Below, in pieces: positions 1-17,395 of a stretch of DNA of 64,000 bases. Both the position numbers and the translations under genes were made by a program. The stretch is from the NCBI RefSeq assembly GCF_009914755.1, contig NC_060927.1; one strand, given 5' to 3'. A model generated the notes under the pieces. The model was not told where the DNA came from and did no database searches. It saw only the letters and a list, made by a program, of their open reading frames with translations. Positions within the stretch are counted from its first letter, which is position 1, and every line of letters starts with the position of its first letter. Origin of the DNA: the human T2T-CHM13v2.0 reference genome, Homo sapiens.

Positions 1-1546
1 TTGGAGGAGAGTGGGAACACACACAGGTGATTCTCCTGCTCTGGGTTGATCGAACCAAATATACAGGTTATAGGTTAGTGGGAAGGTGAAGACCCTACTC
101 ACCCATTTAATGGGGAGGTGGAGTGGGAGGGAAAGGTCTTTCCTTCCATGGTCCCCACCCAAACTGGCCAACGTATGGTTCTGTGATAGGTGCTAACAAG
201 CCAACATTACTGAAGTATCTGCTTCATGTAGAGTCCATTGATTACTAATGAAGAGAAGCATCAATAGTTCAGGTCCACCAGGTTGCTGGCTGTTAACCCA
301 TATTCTTCGTTTTTTCAAAGTTTATTTACCACCCCAATCTTCCCACCCCAAGTTAAATCCAGTACAGATACAAAGGAATACTGTGCAACTAATATAAATG
401 CCCTTGCAGAGGACTATTTAATGACAAGGAAAAAAAATGTAGGTTACAAAAGCAGTATAGCCCCATTTTTATTTTAATGAATGAAAAAAGGCAAACTTGT
501 CTCAGGGGTCAACTCTGGTGGTGGAATTACAGATAATTTTATTTTCCTTTTCTTATCTGAGTTTTTGAAATTATTTACAAATAAACATGTATTACCTGTA
601 AGTAAAAAAGACAAAATTATTTAATTTAAATAAATATGTTCACTACAGGTCATGATACCCTTTTTTACTAAATATGAGTATGAGTAAATGTGAGTACACA
701 CTACATATAATTTTGCAATCTGCATGTAAGCATTGTCCATGTTATTAATAAGATCATAATTATTATTTTTAATGGCTGCATGGTATTTTATCATATAAAA
801 AACCATGATTTTTTTCTCAATTTCCAATTGTTGGCTATTTATATTGTCTCCAATTATTATTATTATAAATAAGGCTGAAATCAATATTGTTTTAGCTTAT
901 TTAATTTTTCCATAGATTTCTTTGAAAATGTTAGCCACCTACTTATTTTACCTTACCTTCAACTGCCTTGGCAGGATTGAATTTCCATATACTCACACAC
1001 CTGCATAAACATCTTTTTCTTTCTAACTGTATACCAATGAGCTTTTAGTGCATTTTTTTTTTTAACAGGGTCCCTCTCTCACGCTGATATTTCTTGTAGG
1101 ATTGTTAGTCATTCAAATTGCCAAGACAGTTGTCAATCACAAATTCGGGCTGTAGAGATCATCTAGTGCTATGTCCATTTACAGGGAGAAAGCCAAGGCC
1201 TGGAGAGGTGAAGCGACTCGCCCAAGGGGCTATCCAGCTACTTAGTGACCAAGCTGGAATGACAATTTGGAGAATATTTTCCAAAGGCTGGGAATTTTGA
1301 GGGAGGGTCACTAAATGGGAAACGATGATAATATTTGGAGGGAACATTAAACAATGATAGAGCAGAAGGTAGGGAGAATGAAAAATAACTTAGCAGTAAG
1401 AAGGGGAGGGAGTAGAAAGATTGATAGGAGAGAGGAGGAGAGGCTGGATGAGGGAGGAGAGGATGAGAACTGAAACTAAGGACAACAATGTAAAGGGAAA
1501 AAGAAAAAGTGATTGAGGAAAATTCACACATTGAAATCCTTTATGG

Positions 1547-1771
1547 CAGGGTTTCTCAACCTTGGCACTATTGGCATTTTAGGCCAGACAATTCTTCCTT
1601 GTGGGGCTGTTCTGTGTAATACAAAATGTTGAGTAGCATCCCTGGCTTCTACCCACTAAATGCCAGTAGCATCCTCTTTCTTCCGCACCGCCCGCTGTGA
1701 TGACCAAAAATGTCTCCAAACATTGCCAAATGTCCCCTCAGGGGCGAAGTCACCCAAATTGAGAACCACAG
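1547..1771. mobile_element. MER20 hAT DNA transposon
   Basis: CAGGGTTTCTCAACCTTGGCACTATTGGCATTT...TTGAGAACCACAG with terminal inverted repeats. Confidence 0.85.
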
Positions 1772-2265
1772 CTCTATGATATTGTTCTCCAATGATACTA
1801 CTGGAGAATGATTTCTCCCATTCCTTAATACTGGAATGGAATCTAGACTATCTCCTGAAAGGCAGAATTGGAAGCAGAACATTTGAATGCAGTTTATAGA
1901 TTGTAGGTCTCAAAACAGTGAGATTGTGCTGAAAGGCAGGGAGGGAAAATGATTAAATAAAGCCCATTTTTCAGATAAAGAGAATGAGACAGGAAATACA
2001 CAATTTGCGTCAGGCACTAAGATGAGTCAAAGAGAAACCAGTAAGAGACACATGAACTTAGTATTTGACTTTTTGAAAGAAGAAAAACAATTTTATCACC
2101 AACCCTCCCCAACTTCAATCCTGGATCTTTGTGAGAACAAGGAAGGGAATTGTTACTCTCCCTAGAAGCTGACGAAACATCAGGAATTGGAAGTTACATT
2201 TAGAAATGTTGCTTTTCAGTGAAGGACAAAAGTAGAGGATGGCAGGAGCTAGAGCTGCTGACTGA

Positions 2266-2929
<664 letters not shown>

Positions 2930-3851
2930 TTAATTTTAAGTTCTGTGCAGAACGTGCAGGTTTATTACGTAGGTGTACATGGAGGCAGGCCTTATTATTA
3001 ACTACATTTGGCGGATGAGTAGCTGAGGGTCAGAAGTTGAGTGATTCGCCCAAGCTAAGTGATGAGGCCACAATTTCAAACCAGACCCACCTGATTCTCG
3101 AGGCAGGGCAGTAACCTCTGAGCACCCCTGCCTCTATGCCACGGACAGAGCCTGCTTCTGTAAGATTACCGCTCTGTCTCATTTTAGGGTACTTCCCAAG
3201 AAACTCCCTCAGTTCACCTCATCATGGGTACAGGTGAGAGGACTCGTCACTCACTGTGACAGAGGCATGCAGCCTGGAGGCTCCCCCTGGGGGTTTGCCC
3301 GGATCCTCACGGTGCAAGAACACTGACAAGATCCTGCCGTGGAGTTGGTCAAGATTTCCTGGAGTGCTACCAGAGGCCTATTCTGGGCTTGCACACACCC
3401 AGGCCCTCCCTCTGGGCCTCTCCTGCAGCATGGTGGCTGTCTCCCCACTGGCCCTCCAGAGCCATAGTGGCCCTGGTACAGGTGAGCTGTCTCCCCACTC
3501 CATCCTCCAGAGCCACACAGCCCTGGTACAGGTGGGCTGCTGTGACCCTGACATGGTGCTGTGGTTTCTTTCCTTCACAAGCACAATTAGGCAAGCCATC
3601 GCTGTCAGATTCATTTTATTTTTAAAAAACTTGTTTGGTATTGTATTTGGCATTTTAAAAGATGTTTTATGGTGTTACATTTTAAAAGCCAATTTGTTTT
3701 CACCGCAGGAAGGCCCTCAGGAGGGAAGAGCTGTTTTTTAAACTGTTCCCCTTGTACAAAAATATTTTCCGAGTTATTTAGATTTATAGTACAGATAATA
3801 CTTGTCTCCCATTGGTCCAGGATAACAAGTAATAATAATAATAACAAATAG

Positions 3852-4179
<328 letters not shown>

Positions 4180-6153
4180 ATATGCACTCTTATATGTACA
4201 TACACTATGCACTTTTACACTTTTATACATGAAGAAGTTGAGGCATAGAGAAGTGAAGCAACTAGTCCCAGGTCACACAACTGAGACCTGCAAAACCTTA
4301 AAAAAGAAGAGAGTGGAAATCTTTCAACCTGATTAAAAAGTATTCCTGCTTTCAACATAAGCTGCATATAACCAGTTCCAAGATTGCAGATTCACTTCTT
4401 CCTACAAATATGTATCGAAAACCTACTATGACTCCATTCACAGGAAGATGGTGCCTCAGTCAAGATAAGAATTCCCGGTCTATGATTTCAGCACTGGATA
4501 CAGGCAGGCAGTATTATTTTAAAAAGTTTGCAGTATAAAAAAACTTCTCTCCTATTTATTGCCTCCACATGGCAATGTCCCTCCCATCTCTCTTTACAAG
4601 AGAAGGCAGCCAGGCACCTTTGTCTGTTTGTCTCATCACTCAACCCCCGACTTCCCCTCTCACTCCACACAACTGCATCCCCAAGTGCTGCCCTCAAGGC
4701 TGGGCCTAATGGGCACATGGAGTCCTTATCTTACTCATCTTCCCTGTGGCATTTGACACGCTTACCAACTTCCTATTCCTTGAAATTCCCTTTTATTGAA
4801 ACTCTAACAACTTCCCAAGACTTCCTGAGGTCATCTTTTTCTCGTTCCCCTCCCACTCCTGGGATGCTCCTTCTTGTTCTCTTTCGTTATAATGACTTTC
4901 AAAACTGGGAACTTGAAGTGTACTTTGTGCAAATTAACTCACATGGTTTTGATGAACTGAATCAGCATCATACCCAGCGCAGGGATGGGAAATAGAGAGG
5001 AAGACCCACTGCGGGACTTCTGTTTGCCCACTGATTCAGTGAGAAGCCAGGATGCCAGGTCCAGCACAGCAATGAGTTTGATTGTGTTGATTGTGTCTCC
5101 TCCAGACATTCACTGTCAACTCTCAATGCAGAAACAGCTCATGAACTATATTTAGGAAGGACAGAGCCTGATGAGTGTGGAAAGACTGCAGGTTTGGGCA
5201 CAGGGCTGGATTTAAAGGTCTAGACCTGTGAACACCACCTATTTTGTTGGCTGTTAATTTTAAGTGTATGTTTGTTCTAACAACAGGACCCTAGCTTCTG
5301 CTGGCCCTTAAGGGTTACAAGATTTTCCTCCTGGTGACAGATTGTTTGGCTACATCCCAAAAGATATAAAACTCCTTCCAGTCATCCCAGAATTAGGTCC
5401 ATAGATTTCCAGTTATAGAAGAGAGCCATTCTGGGTAACACAGCAGATGTAAATTATGTGCCTGAATTGATTTTGCATTAATTTCTCGTAGGCTATTTTC
5501 ATGCTGCTTAAATACCACTTTTTAAAGCCACTATGGTATTGTATTTTAAAAGCTGATTTGTTTCCACCACAGAAAGGGCTTCAGGAGGCAAGAGCTGTTT
5601 TTCAAACCCTTCCCCTTGTGCAAAATTACTTTCGCCAGTGAGGAATTTTCAGTAATGAGCTGTCTGTTTGCACAACTCTTCAGTGCATGTTTGCATGCTG
5701 CTTCTGTAAGCTTCCTTTTGCAAGACATATCATGAGACACAAACTTCAAGTTTCCTACTCCCTTGAGGGACCAGCCCTGCCACTCATTAGCTTAATATGG
5801 AAGCCCAGGGGCTCAGATAATAACACTTTATGTTCTTGCTGTACAGCAGGGCCAGTATGCTTTGTGCTGTGGACTCTTGGCTGTCCTGCTTGATCCAAAT
5901 GCTTTTGGAAACCATCAGATAAAGGGCAAAAAGACAGTCTGTAAATCTATGGGGTTTTTGGTACAGAAATAGGGCTAGGCTCACATTGAACTCCTGAACA
6001 TGATATCAAAGCTCTTATTACAACTTTTTATGCATGAACTTTCATATATATAAAACTGGACATCACATAGCAAAGTAATAGCACATCAGCTGTTCCTACC
6101 ACTAACAGATGGCAGGAGCAGGCAGGGGAACTTCAGCTGAATTTCTTCACTGA

Positions 6154-6440
<287 letters not shown>

Positions 6441-7084
6441 TATTTGGCTTTCCTTTGATTTTACAAATGGCCTGACAAATCAACTCCCTCATCCCCACTT
6501 AAGTACTAAGAGTATTGAAAATGCAATTAAAAAGAAGGGTAAATTTTGATGGAAACTACAGTTTTCATAAAAGTGGAAAGAAATGGATGATGAATGGCTC
6601 AACAGGACAAAGAGGAAGCCACACAAAATTAAAAATTAAAAAATTATCAGTATAGCTGGAAGACTGGAACTGAAGTTGGATGTCTGTTATCCTGAGGTTA
6701 ATTCAGGAGAAGGCTCTGGACTAAAAGACAATTGGACTGAGAACTCCCTTTAGGGATGTCACCTATTAAAGAAAGGTAATTTTGTACAAAGCTGCCGCAT
6801 TTACCGTGAGGCTGCTCATTTTTAGATTCTAGCACCACCTAGAGGACAGAATGAGATAATTTCCATTCACCACTGAACCTAAGGAATCTTTCATCAATTA
6901 ACCGTTTTTCAGTTTTCAAAACACTTAAATTTTAATATCTGATTTGATATCCAAATAATTGTCTTTGAGGTAGGAATTTCTACCTTTAGTGTACTGATAA
7001 AAAATCAATTTTTCCGCTGGCTTACTGTCCAAAGAATTTGATCAGTTTTTTATGTGATCAAAAATTATTATCCATGGATTATTT

Positions 7085-7895
<811 letters not shown>

Positions 7896-9174
7896 GTTTT
7901 TCTAAGTAAGAAACTTTAATTAGTAAACAGGGAAGTGAATAAAACATGTGGAAGAAGGGTGATTATATGAATTATGTGTATTGAGGAGAAAAAAATAGAA
8001 TAAACAATCAGGAGATGCCTAAGGGAAAGGTATCTGGGTCCTGGGCCCCGGATTCAATGTGTACCCAGGAACCAAGGAGTTCTTGATATCGTATTCTTCC
8101 AGAGACACAGAAGAAGCATGGGGAAAATTATTCAGGATTTGCTCTGATAGTTTAGCAGTATTTGATGACAGTTTTTAAGGTGTTTCTTAATGTTGGATCA
8201 ATACAATATGTAGCCGATGCAGACCTTGGTAACACATCTGAGGTTGGAGATTGAAATACCATTATGATCTCTCCCCATCATGAAGATAGAGGTGAAGGGG
8301 ACATTTCAAAGTGAAAAATAAACTATGTGGTCAGATGCATTTGAGTCCAAATCCAGGCTCTGTTAATATCTATAAGGACTGCAAGGTCAAAGTTCTCATC
8401 AGTATCCCTGGAGGCCATGGTACCTATCTCACAAGGCTGTTGTGAGGATTTGCTAAGATGCTTTATGGAAAGCACTTAGCATATGGCCTGGCACACAGTG
8501 AGTTCTGATGTTATTTTTGTAAGATTGGATTGTGCTTGACAAACCCAGGAACAGTGACATTGACTTCTGTTATTCCTGAGAACCTTTTACATCATTTCAT
8601 TGGATGTTTCTGGCCTGAGATTCTGGCAAAAAGAAGTATAAATTTTCTTCAGAGATGATAAAAATGTGTAAGTGGAACCTCATTAAAAAATATTGCTTGT
8701 CACCCAGAATGTTGTAGGCTGGTGGAAAGATTTAGCGCTAATCTCAAGGGAGTGGTTAGGACTTAGGGGGATCCACACTGGACCAATCAGCATGATAGGT
8801 TACTAACTCATTTTGCATATAAAAATGTTGTCTAGGACTCTACAGAATTCTCCCTATTAATGGATGACAGTCAGAGGTCCTTGGGTTTAATCAAAATTTA
8901 ATACCTTGTGAGAGGAAATATGAAGAATACAAATGATCAGTAATAGACAATATGTCAAATGCAGTAATTGCCAATTTTAAAAAGTCTCCTTGTCAGCATA
9001 TCTACCTTGATTTGTAGTTAGGAACACATGGCCAGAGCTGTATTAAGCCTCTGGGAAAACAAAGGAATGAGATACATATTCTGTTGCAAGAAAATATATC
9101 AGAGATTCAACAAAGCCATCATATCTAAAATAATAAAACAGCATGTTTAAAAATATTTAAATCAGGGAATTTCT

Positions 9175-9192
9175 CCCCCCCCCCCCCCCCCC
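9175..9192. repeat. C18 homopolymer
   Basis: Direct reading. Confidence 0.95.
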
Positions 9193-9529
9193 ATAAAACT
9201 GAAGGCTCCTACTTCATCTGGTGCAGGGCAGATGAATCTTCCATGAACTGCTTTTATATTCACCCAAGCAGTATATTTAGAAGGCTGAAGTCAGAATGAG
9301 TTCCAGAAATCTTTCTGTTGAGGAAAACCAGAATCTGAGGAAGGAGCAGTTATTAGATGTGCTTGTTTGTCACCAGAAGAATGCAAACAAAGAAATACAG
9401 ATGAGTTCAGAGTGCTACAGATATCTTAGAGCAAACCAGATAACTATTGACTTGGTGCTATATACTGTAAGGGAATAGCAACCATGTTAGACATTTTGGT
9501 ATACTGACTTATTGGCTCCAATTTTTATA

Positions 9530-9925
9530 GCCTTGTAGGCACAGCCATTACCATGTGGCTTTTGAATTCCTCCACTAGAGGCATTGATGTTGGGTTTGAA
9601 TATTTTGCTTCCTGTGGCCAATAGGATGCGAGCAGAGTGACCATGTACCAGTTCCAGGCTTAATCCTTAAGAAGCATTTGTGTTTTCAGTTGCTGTCTTT
9701 GTTTCTGCCGTTGTTATGAGAAGAAAATACTCTGGTCAGCCTGGTGGTCTGAGGAGGAGGAAGAGAGACGCCACATGAAACAGTTCTGGAATCACGCTCA
9801 GCCTAGATCAGCTGACCTCTAGCCAACCCACAGATACGCAAGCAAGAATAAGGGATTGCTGTTGAAAGCTGCTGGATTTTGAAATTGTCAAGCGGCATTA
9901 CTCTGACAATAGGCGGCTGACATAG
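9530..9925. mobile_element. MLT1-type MaLR LTR remnant
   Basis: Ends ...GATTGCTGTTGAAAGCTGCTGGATTTTGAAATTGTCAAGCGGCATTACTCTGACAATAGGCGGCTGACATA, resembling the MLT1 terminus. Confidence 0.55.
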
Positions 9926-10312
9926 ATGGCTGTTTTATAGGGTTAGTTGAAAAAAAGACTGGGAGAACCTTAATCTAAGGACTATCAGGTCTTCATGGTC
10001 ACATTTTTTCTGAACAATTGATAGAAAGTTAAATTTTCTACAGAAACAGGAGCATATACTATATCTAAAATTGATAGTCGGATTGTTTGGGAGCACTAAC
10101 ACAACAGGTTTTCCACTGATTTATATAGGGTTGGGAAAGAAACGTGCTCTGATTTTTGTTTTAGCTAATTAATGCTACCTCGTGCCACCCACTCTGAAAA
10201 AGCTCTTCTTCTTTTTATACCCATCCTCCTCAAATGTCAGAAGACTGGGAGTGGGACTGCTTGCCAGGTTTTTGTTTTCTTATTTGAAGTCCTCTCTTTG
10301 TAAATCTAGCTG

Positions 10313-12430
<2,118 letters not shown>

Positions 12431-12849
12431 ACAAATAACTGGTTTTTTTGCTGCATTAATTTTCATTTGTTAGCCTTGTGGAAGAAGTCTGGAGTACCCC
12501 CTAAGAATTGGCAAGGCCTTCTGGCTTACAGCAAGAGGGGAGACAGTGTGAGAGGTAAATAGGCAGCCCAGCAATCCCTGGTAGAGTTGATTGGACACAG
12601 GAATTGGGACAAAGACTAAAGCCAGGTCTGAGTTGGAACTCTACCATTCCTAGTTGCTTTGTAAGGCCAGCACTTCCAACTGCTATCCCATATATCTAAT
12701 TCCATCATCTAATGTAACTAACAGACCCTGTAATTTTGATTCTGAAAGTGTTATAAGAATGTTGGAAAGACAGGAAAACATAAAGAAGAAAAATAAAAGC
12801 AGAAATAAGACCGCCACCTAGAGATAAGCTCTCCTAACATTTTGCTATC

Positions 12850-13233
12850 TGATATGGTTTGGCTCTGTGTCCCTACCCAAATCTCATGTTGAATTTTAAT
12901 TTCCAATGTTGGGGTAGGGACTTGCTAGGAGGTGATTAGATTATGGAGGCAGATTTCTCCCTTGCTGTTCTCATGATAGTGAGTGAGTTCTCATGCGATC
13001 TGATGGTTTAAAAGTGTGTGGCATTTCCCCCTTCACTCTGTCTCTTGCTATGCCATGCAAAAAAGGTGCTTGCTTCCCCTTTGCCCTTCCACCACGATTG
13101 TAAGTTTCCTGAGGCCTCCCCAACTATGCTTCCTGTACAGCCTATGGAACTGTGAGTTGGTTAAACCTCTTTTCTTCATAAATTACCCAGCCTCAGGTAG
13201 TTCTTTATAACAGTATGAGAATGGACTAATACA
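12850..13233 (+). mobile_element. MST-type (MaLR) solo LTR
   Basis: TGATATGGTTTGGCTCTGTGTCCC...GAATGGACTAATACA, with 5-bp TSD CTATC on both sides. Confidence 0.9.
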
Positions 13234-15346
13234 CTATCTATCTTTAATTCTAATCTTTTTTTTTCTCCTTGGGAAGTATATATTTCTCAAACAAAGTTGA
13301 TTTTTAAATAAAAGTTATGATTCCCTAAGGTGTATTTTAAAAGGTGGTTAAAAGGCATTCTGTGACAAAAAGAATTCAGTGGTCCACTAATTTGAAAAAC
13401 ACTATATTTTATGTCCCCCTTTCATGGATTAATAATCTCATAATTATATTAAGGTTCTGGAAATATTTATAGTAAAGAAATTTTTAAATCCCAAATTTTA
13501 TTACCTACAAAACACTAATTTTTTTTATAGAAACCTACTAAAATATTGTGGGACTCCATAGACTACCTACTTGGAAACACTGGTTTAAGATGTTTATCTC
13601 TTTTAATTTATCTTGCCTGGTGGTTGGTGAGTCCTTTTCATTTATAGACTCAGATCTTTCTTTGGATTGGGAAAGTTTTCTTCTGTTATTTCTTTGGCTG
13701 TGGCTTCTGCTCTTTTTGTAGAATTAATATAATTATATGGGATCTCCTGAAATTTTTGCATATCTCAGCTTCATTTTCATTGTCATCTAATAATTTTTCT
13801 CTTTCAAAATTTTCAAGATTATTTTCTACTTGATTAATTTTGTTACCTGCAATCTTTAATCTGTAGAAATACAATTACACATATTTTCAAGAAATGTCTA
13901 TTTTCAAAAAGGCAGATACAATTTGGGTGGTTTATTTAAGATGCAAATCCATTTTCACTTACTTTCTGTCAGAGTTTTTATTTAGAAATTAAGGTCTAAA
14001 TGTTTGCTTACTTTTTTAATAGCTTAAAACTTGCATTTAAAGTTTGATATTTTGTTTGGAACTCCCCCTCACTGAATTAGAATAAGAAGTAAAAAACCTA
14101 GTAGCAGGGAAGGAAATGAACTCTCCTAGATATTGGGGTCTGTGTGAAGATGCCACATCAGAATGGGAATAAATGTGGCTACCAGAGGAGCCTGCAAAGT
14201 TTCTGGATTCTAATGGAAAAGAAGAAACTGCCTTTTGCCTGGAATTTCCTGATGTGGCCCCAAATAGCTATCCATCTCATGCCCTTAGACATGCTTTTCC
14301 ATACCTGTAAGTTAAATATAAGAAAATTGCAGTGTCAAGTCGACATAGGCATAATTATGTATAAGCATGTATACAATACACAGAGAGTTTATACCACACA
14401 CAATGTTCCTTCTCGAAAGATACAGTAAGAATCTTTAGTCGGTGTGACTTACAGAAGCATTCCTGTAGAGGGTTCATTTTATTCCCTGCTAAAGAACATT
14501 GCTTAGCTCTACTGATTCATTTCTGAGAGTCTTGTGGTGTCCTTGACCCAGCCTGATCTGCCTGGGACGTGGCATCTTTTTATCAGCGCCTTTATTATTC
14601 ATAGATTTTGTATCTCTGGATACTTCAAGTTTACTTGAAGTACTGTTTTTTAAATTTGATTTCTAAGATAGCTTTGTTTTCTCCAATCTATTCTGCAAAA
14701 GTTCCTGCTGTTACGCCACTTGTTACTCCAGAAGTGCATTTTCTCTCCTATGAGTGCTCTTTGCATATCTTTTTTCTTTCTGTCATGACTCCATTTTTGC
14801 TGGCTCTGTTCTTTTGCACGGACAGGCTAATTCTGGTAAGGCTCCAATCAGGATTTTGACATAAGGAGTTATTTCTTAATATACACTAGGCTGAAAAAAA
14901 TGATTTCTCAAAAGTGAAACAATCCAAGCCAGAGCTCACATCATACCAGTGTCACATAGGCTTCATGGGAATTCAAAGTTTCTGGCCATAGGAGAATGAA
15001 GGCAATTTTGATGACAGTAGCAGACATAGCTCAGGGTTTACTACTGTCTTGAACCTCAACACCAAAATATTCTTTTCTGAGAATTTAGATGAATGGCACT
15101 TATTTTCAAAATGTTTGCTTTCTTCTTCAAAGAAACACGATATTTCAGAGTAAAGTTTAAAGTGAAACACTTTCTAGGAACAAAATAGCTCGCTGGTGCT
15201 TAACTGTTATAACCTCCTATAAGCTAAATATTTGCCTTTGTATAGTTCTAATTATCTTTGTCTCTCTTCCAGTCCCTGGATACCCAGATGCCCTTCATAG
15301 CTTTAGGCTCAGGTGCTTCATTCTACTCTTTGATCACTTTTAAGAT

Positions 15347-15480
15347 AGGGTTACTAGATAAAATACAGAATGCCCAGTTCAATTTGAATTTTATAGAAAC
15401 AATGAATAATTTTTTTAGTGTAAGTACGTCTTATACTTTAGGATAAGTATGCATGAGGAATACTTTTTACTAAAACAAGA
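15347..15480. mobile_element. MER53-like MITE, left half
   Basis: AGGGTTACTAGATAAAATACAGAATGCCCAGTTCAATTTGAATTT is inverted-complementary to 23941-24000. Confidence 0.75.
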
Positions 15481-16485
15481 TCCATTATGAAATTTGACAA
15501 AAGAAGCACAAAACTTAAATTATGAAAACTACCCAACATTGCTGAAAGAAATTTAAGATCTAAATAAATAGAAAGACATCCCTTGGTCATAGATGAGAAG
15601 ATTAAATATTGTTAAGACAGCTATACTCTCCAAACTGATCTATAGATTCAATGCAATCTGTATTAGAACACCAGCTGGTTCTTTGCAGAAATTGACAAGC
15701 TGTTCTAAAAATTCATATGGAAACTCAAAGAACTCAGAATAGCCCAAACTTTTTTGTTCTTGGAAAAAAAGAACAAACTGGAGGACTCACTTCCCACTTT
15801 TGAAACTTAATACAAAGCAACAGTAATCAAGACAATATGATATTGGTATAAGGATAGACATAGATTAATGGAAAATAATTAAAAGTTCGGAAATAAACTC
15901 ATGTATCTATGGCAATTGATTTTCAACAAGACTGCAAAAACAATTCAATGGGAGAAAGTATCGTATTTTCAACAAATGATGCTGAGACAATAGGATCGCC
16001 ATATGCTGAGGAATAAAGTTGGACTCTTAACTCACACTGTATATAAAAATTAACTCAAAATGGATCAAAGACTTAAGTGTAGGAGCCAAAATTATAAAAC
16101 TCTTAGAAAAAATATTGAGATAAACTATTGTGACCTTTGATTTGCCAATGGATTCTCAGATATGACACCAAAAGCACAATGAACAACAACAAAAAGATAA
16201 ATTTAACTTCATTAAAACTAAAAAATTTTGTCCTACAAAGGACACTATGAAGAAAGTGAAAAGGCAACCCACAGAATAAGGGAAAATATTTGCAAATTAT
16301 GTATCTGACAAGGGACACATATCTAGAATATATAAAGAACTCTTGCAACTCAAAAATAAAAAGACAAACCAATTAAAAAATTACCAAATGTCTGAAAAGA
16401 CATTTCTCCAAAGAAGATAAACAAATGACCGATAAACGTATTAAAAGATGCTCAACATCATTAGTCATCAGGAAAATGCAAATGA
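15480..16485 (+). mobile_element. Old L1 (L1M-type) ORF2 3' region, left half
   Basis: Decayed ORF2 C-terminal sequence ending ...CTCAACATCATTAGTCATCAGGAAAATGCAAATGA. Confidence 0.88.
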
Positions 16486-16488
16486 GGG

Positions 16489-16593
16489 TGACTCTCTTTT
16501 TGGACTTAGCCCGCCTGCACCCAGGTGAAATAAACAGCCATGTTGCTCACACAAAGCCTGTTTGGTGGTCTCTTCACACCGACGCATATGAAA
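16489..16593 (+). mobile_element. HERV-H 5' LTR (LTR7), R-U5 only
   Basis: Matches the last ~105 nt of the 3' LTR (21857-21961) with 5 substitutions. Contains AATAAA at 16529-16534 and ends ...ATGAAA. Confidence 0.93.
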
Positions 16594-16595
16594 TT

Positions 16596-16613
16596 TGGTG
16601 CTGTGACTCAGAT
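16596..16613 (+). promoter_or_regulatory. Primer binding site for tRNA-His
   Basis: TGGTGCTGTGACTCAGAT versus the tRNA-His complement TGGTGCCGTGACTCGGAT. The two differences are CpG-type transitions. It lies directly after the LTR. Confidence 0.93.
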
Positions 16614-17019
16614 CGGGGGACCTCCCTTGGGAGATCAATCCCCTGTCCTCCTGTTCTTTGCTCCGTGAGAAAGATCCACCTACGACCTCAGGTCCTCAGA
16701 CCCACCAGCCCAAGGAACATCTCACCAATTTTAAATCAGGTAAGCGGCCTCTTCTTACTTTCTTCTCCAACCTCTCTCACTGTCCCTCAACCACTTTCTC
16801 CTTTCCACTCTTCAATCTCTCCCTTCTCTTAATTTCAATTCCTTTCATTTTCTGGGAGAGACAAAGGAGACACGTTTTATCCGTGGACCCAAAACTCCGG
16901 CGCCAGTCACAGACTGGGAAGGCAGCCTTCCCTTGGTGTTTAATCATTGCAGGGACACCTCTCTGATTATACACCCACGTTTCAAGGGTGTCAGACCACG
17001 CAGGGACGCCTGCCTTGTT

Positions 17020-17395
17020 CCTTCACCCTTAGCGGCAAGTCCCGCTTTTCTGGGGAAGGGGCAAGTACCTCAACCCCTTCTCTCCTTGTCTCTACCCCTT
17101 TTCTGCTTTCCTGGGGCAGGGGCAAGTACCCCTCAACCCCTTCTCCTTCACCCTTAGCGGCAAGTCCCGCTTTCCTGGGGAAGGGGCAAGTACCCCTCAA
17201 CCCCTTCTCTTTCACCCTTAGTGGCAAGTCCTGCTTTTCTAGGGGGCAAGAATCCCCAATCGCTTATTTCTGCACCCCAACCTCGTATCTCTGTGCCCCG
17301 ACCCCTTATTTCTGTGCCCCAACCCCTTATTTCTGAGTCCCATCCCTTATTTCCGTGCCCCGACCTCTTATCTCTGCGCCCCAACCCCTTTTCCC
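17020..17395 (+). repeat. HERV-H leader tandem repeats
   Basis: Three copies of CTTCACCCTTAGCGGCAAGTCCCGCTTT...GGGGCAAG, then about six ~20-nt CCCCTTATTTCTGTGCCCC-like units. Confidence 0.8.

Noticed and set aside
12808-12826. CTCF-like motif (TCTCTAGGTGGCGG on the minus strand)
   Set aside because: Imperfect match that cannot be supported without binding data.
16489-16593. Simple post-integration deletion of the 5' U3
   Set aside because: Does not explain the 14-bp TSD, the poly(A), the breakpoint at the expected TSS, or the L1 resuming only 1.27 kb after the 3' LTR with no sequence loss.
17020-17395. Repeat-spacer pattern resembling a CRISPR array
   Set aside because: Ordinary HERV-H leader repeats in eukaryotic DNA, with no unique spacers or cas genes.
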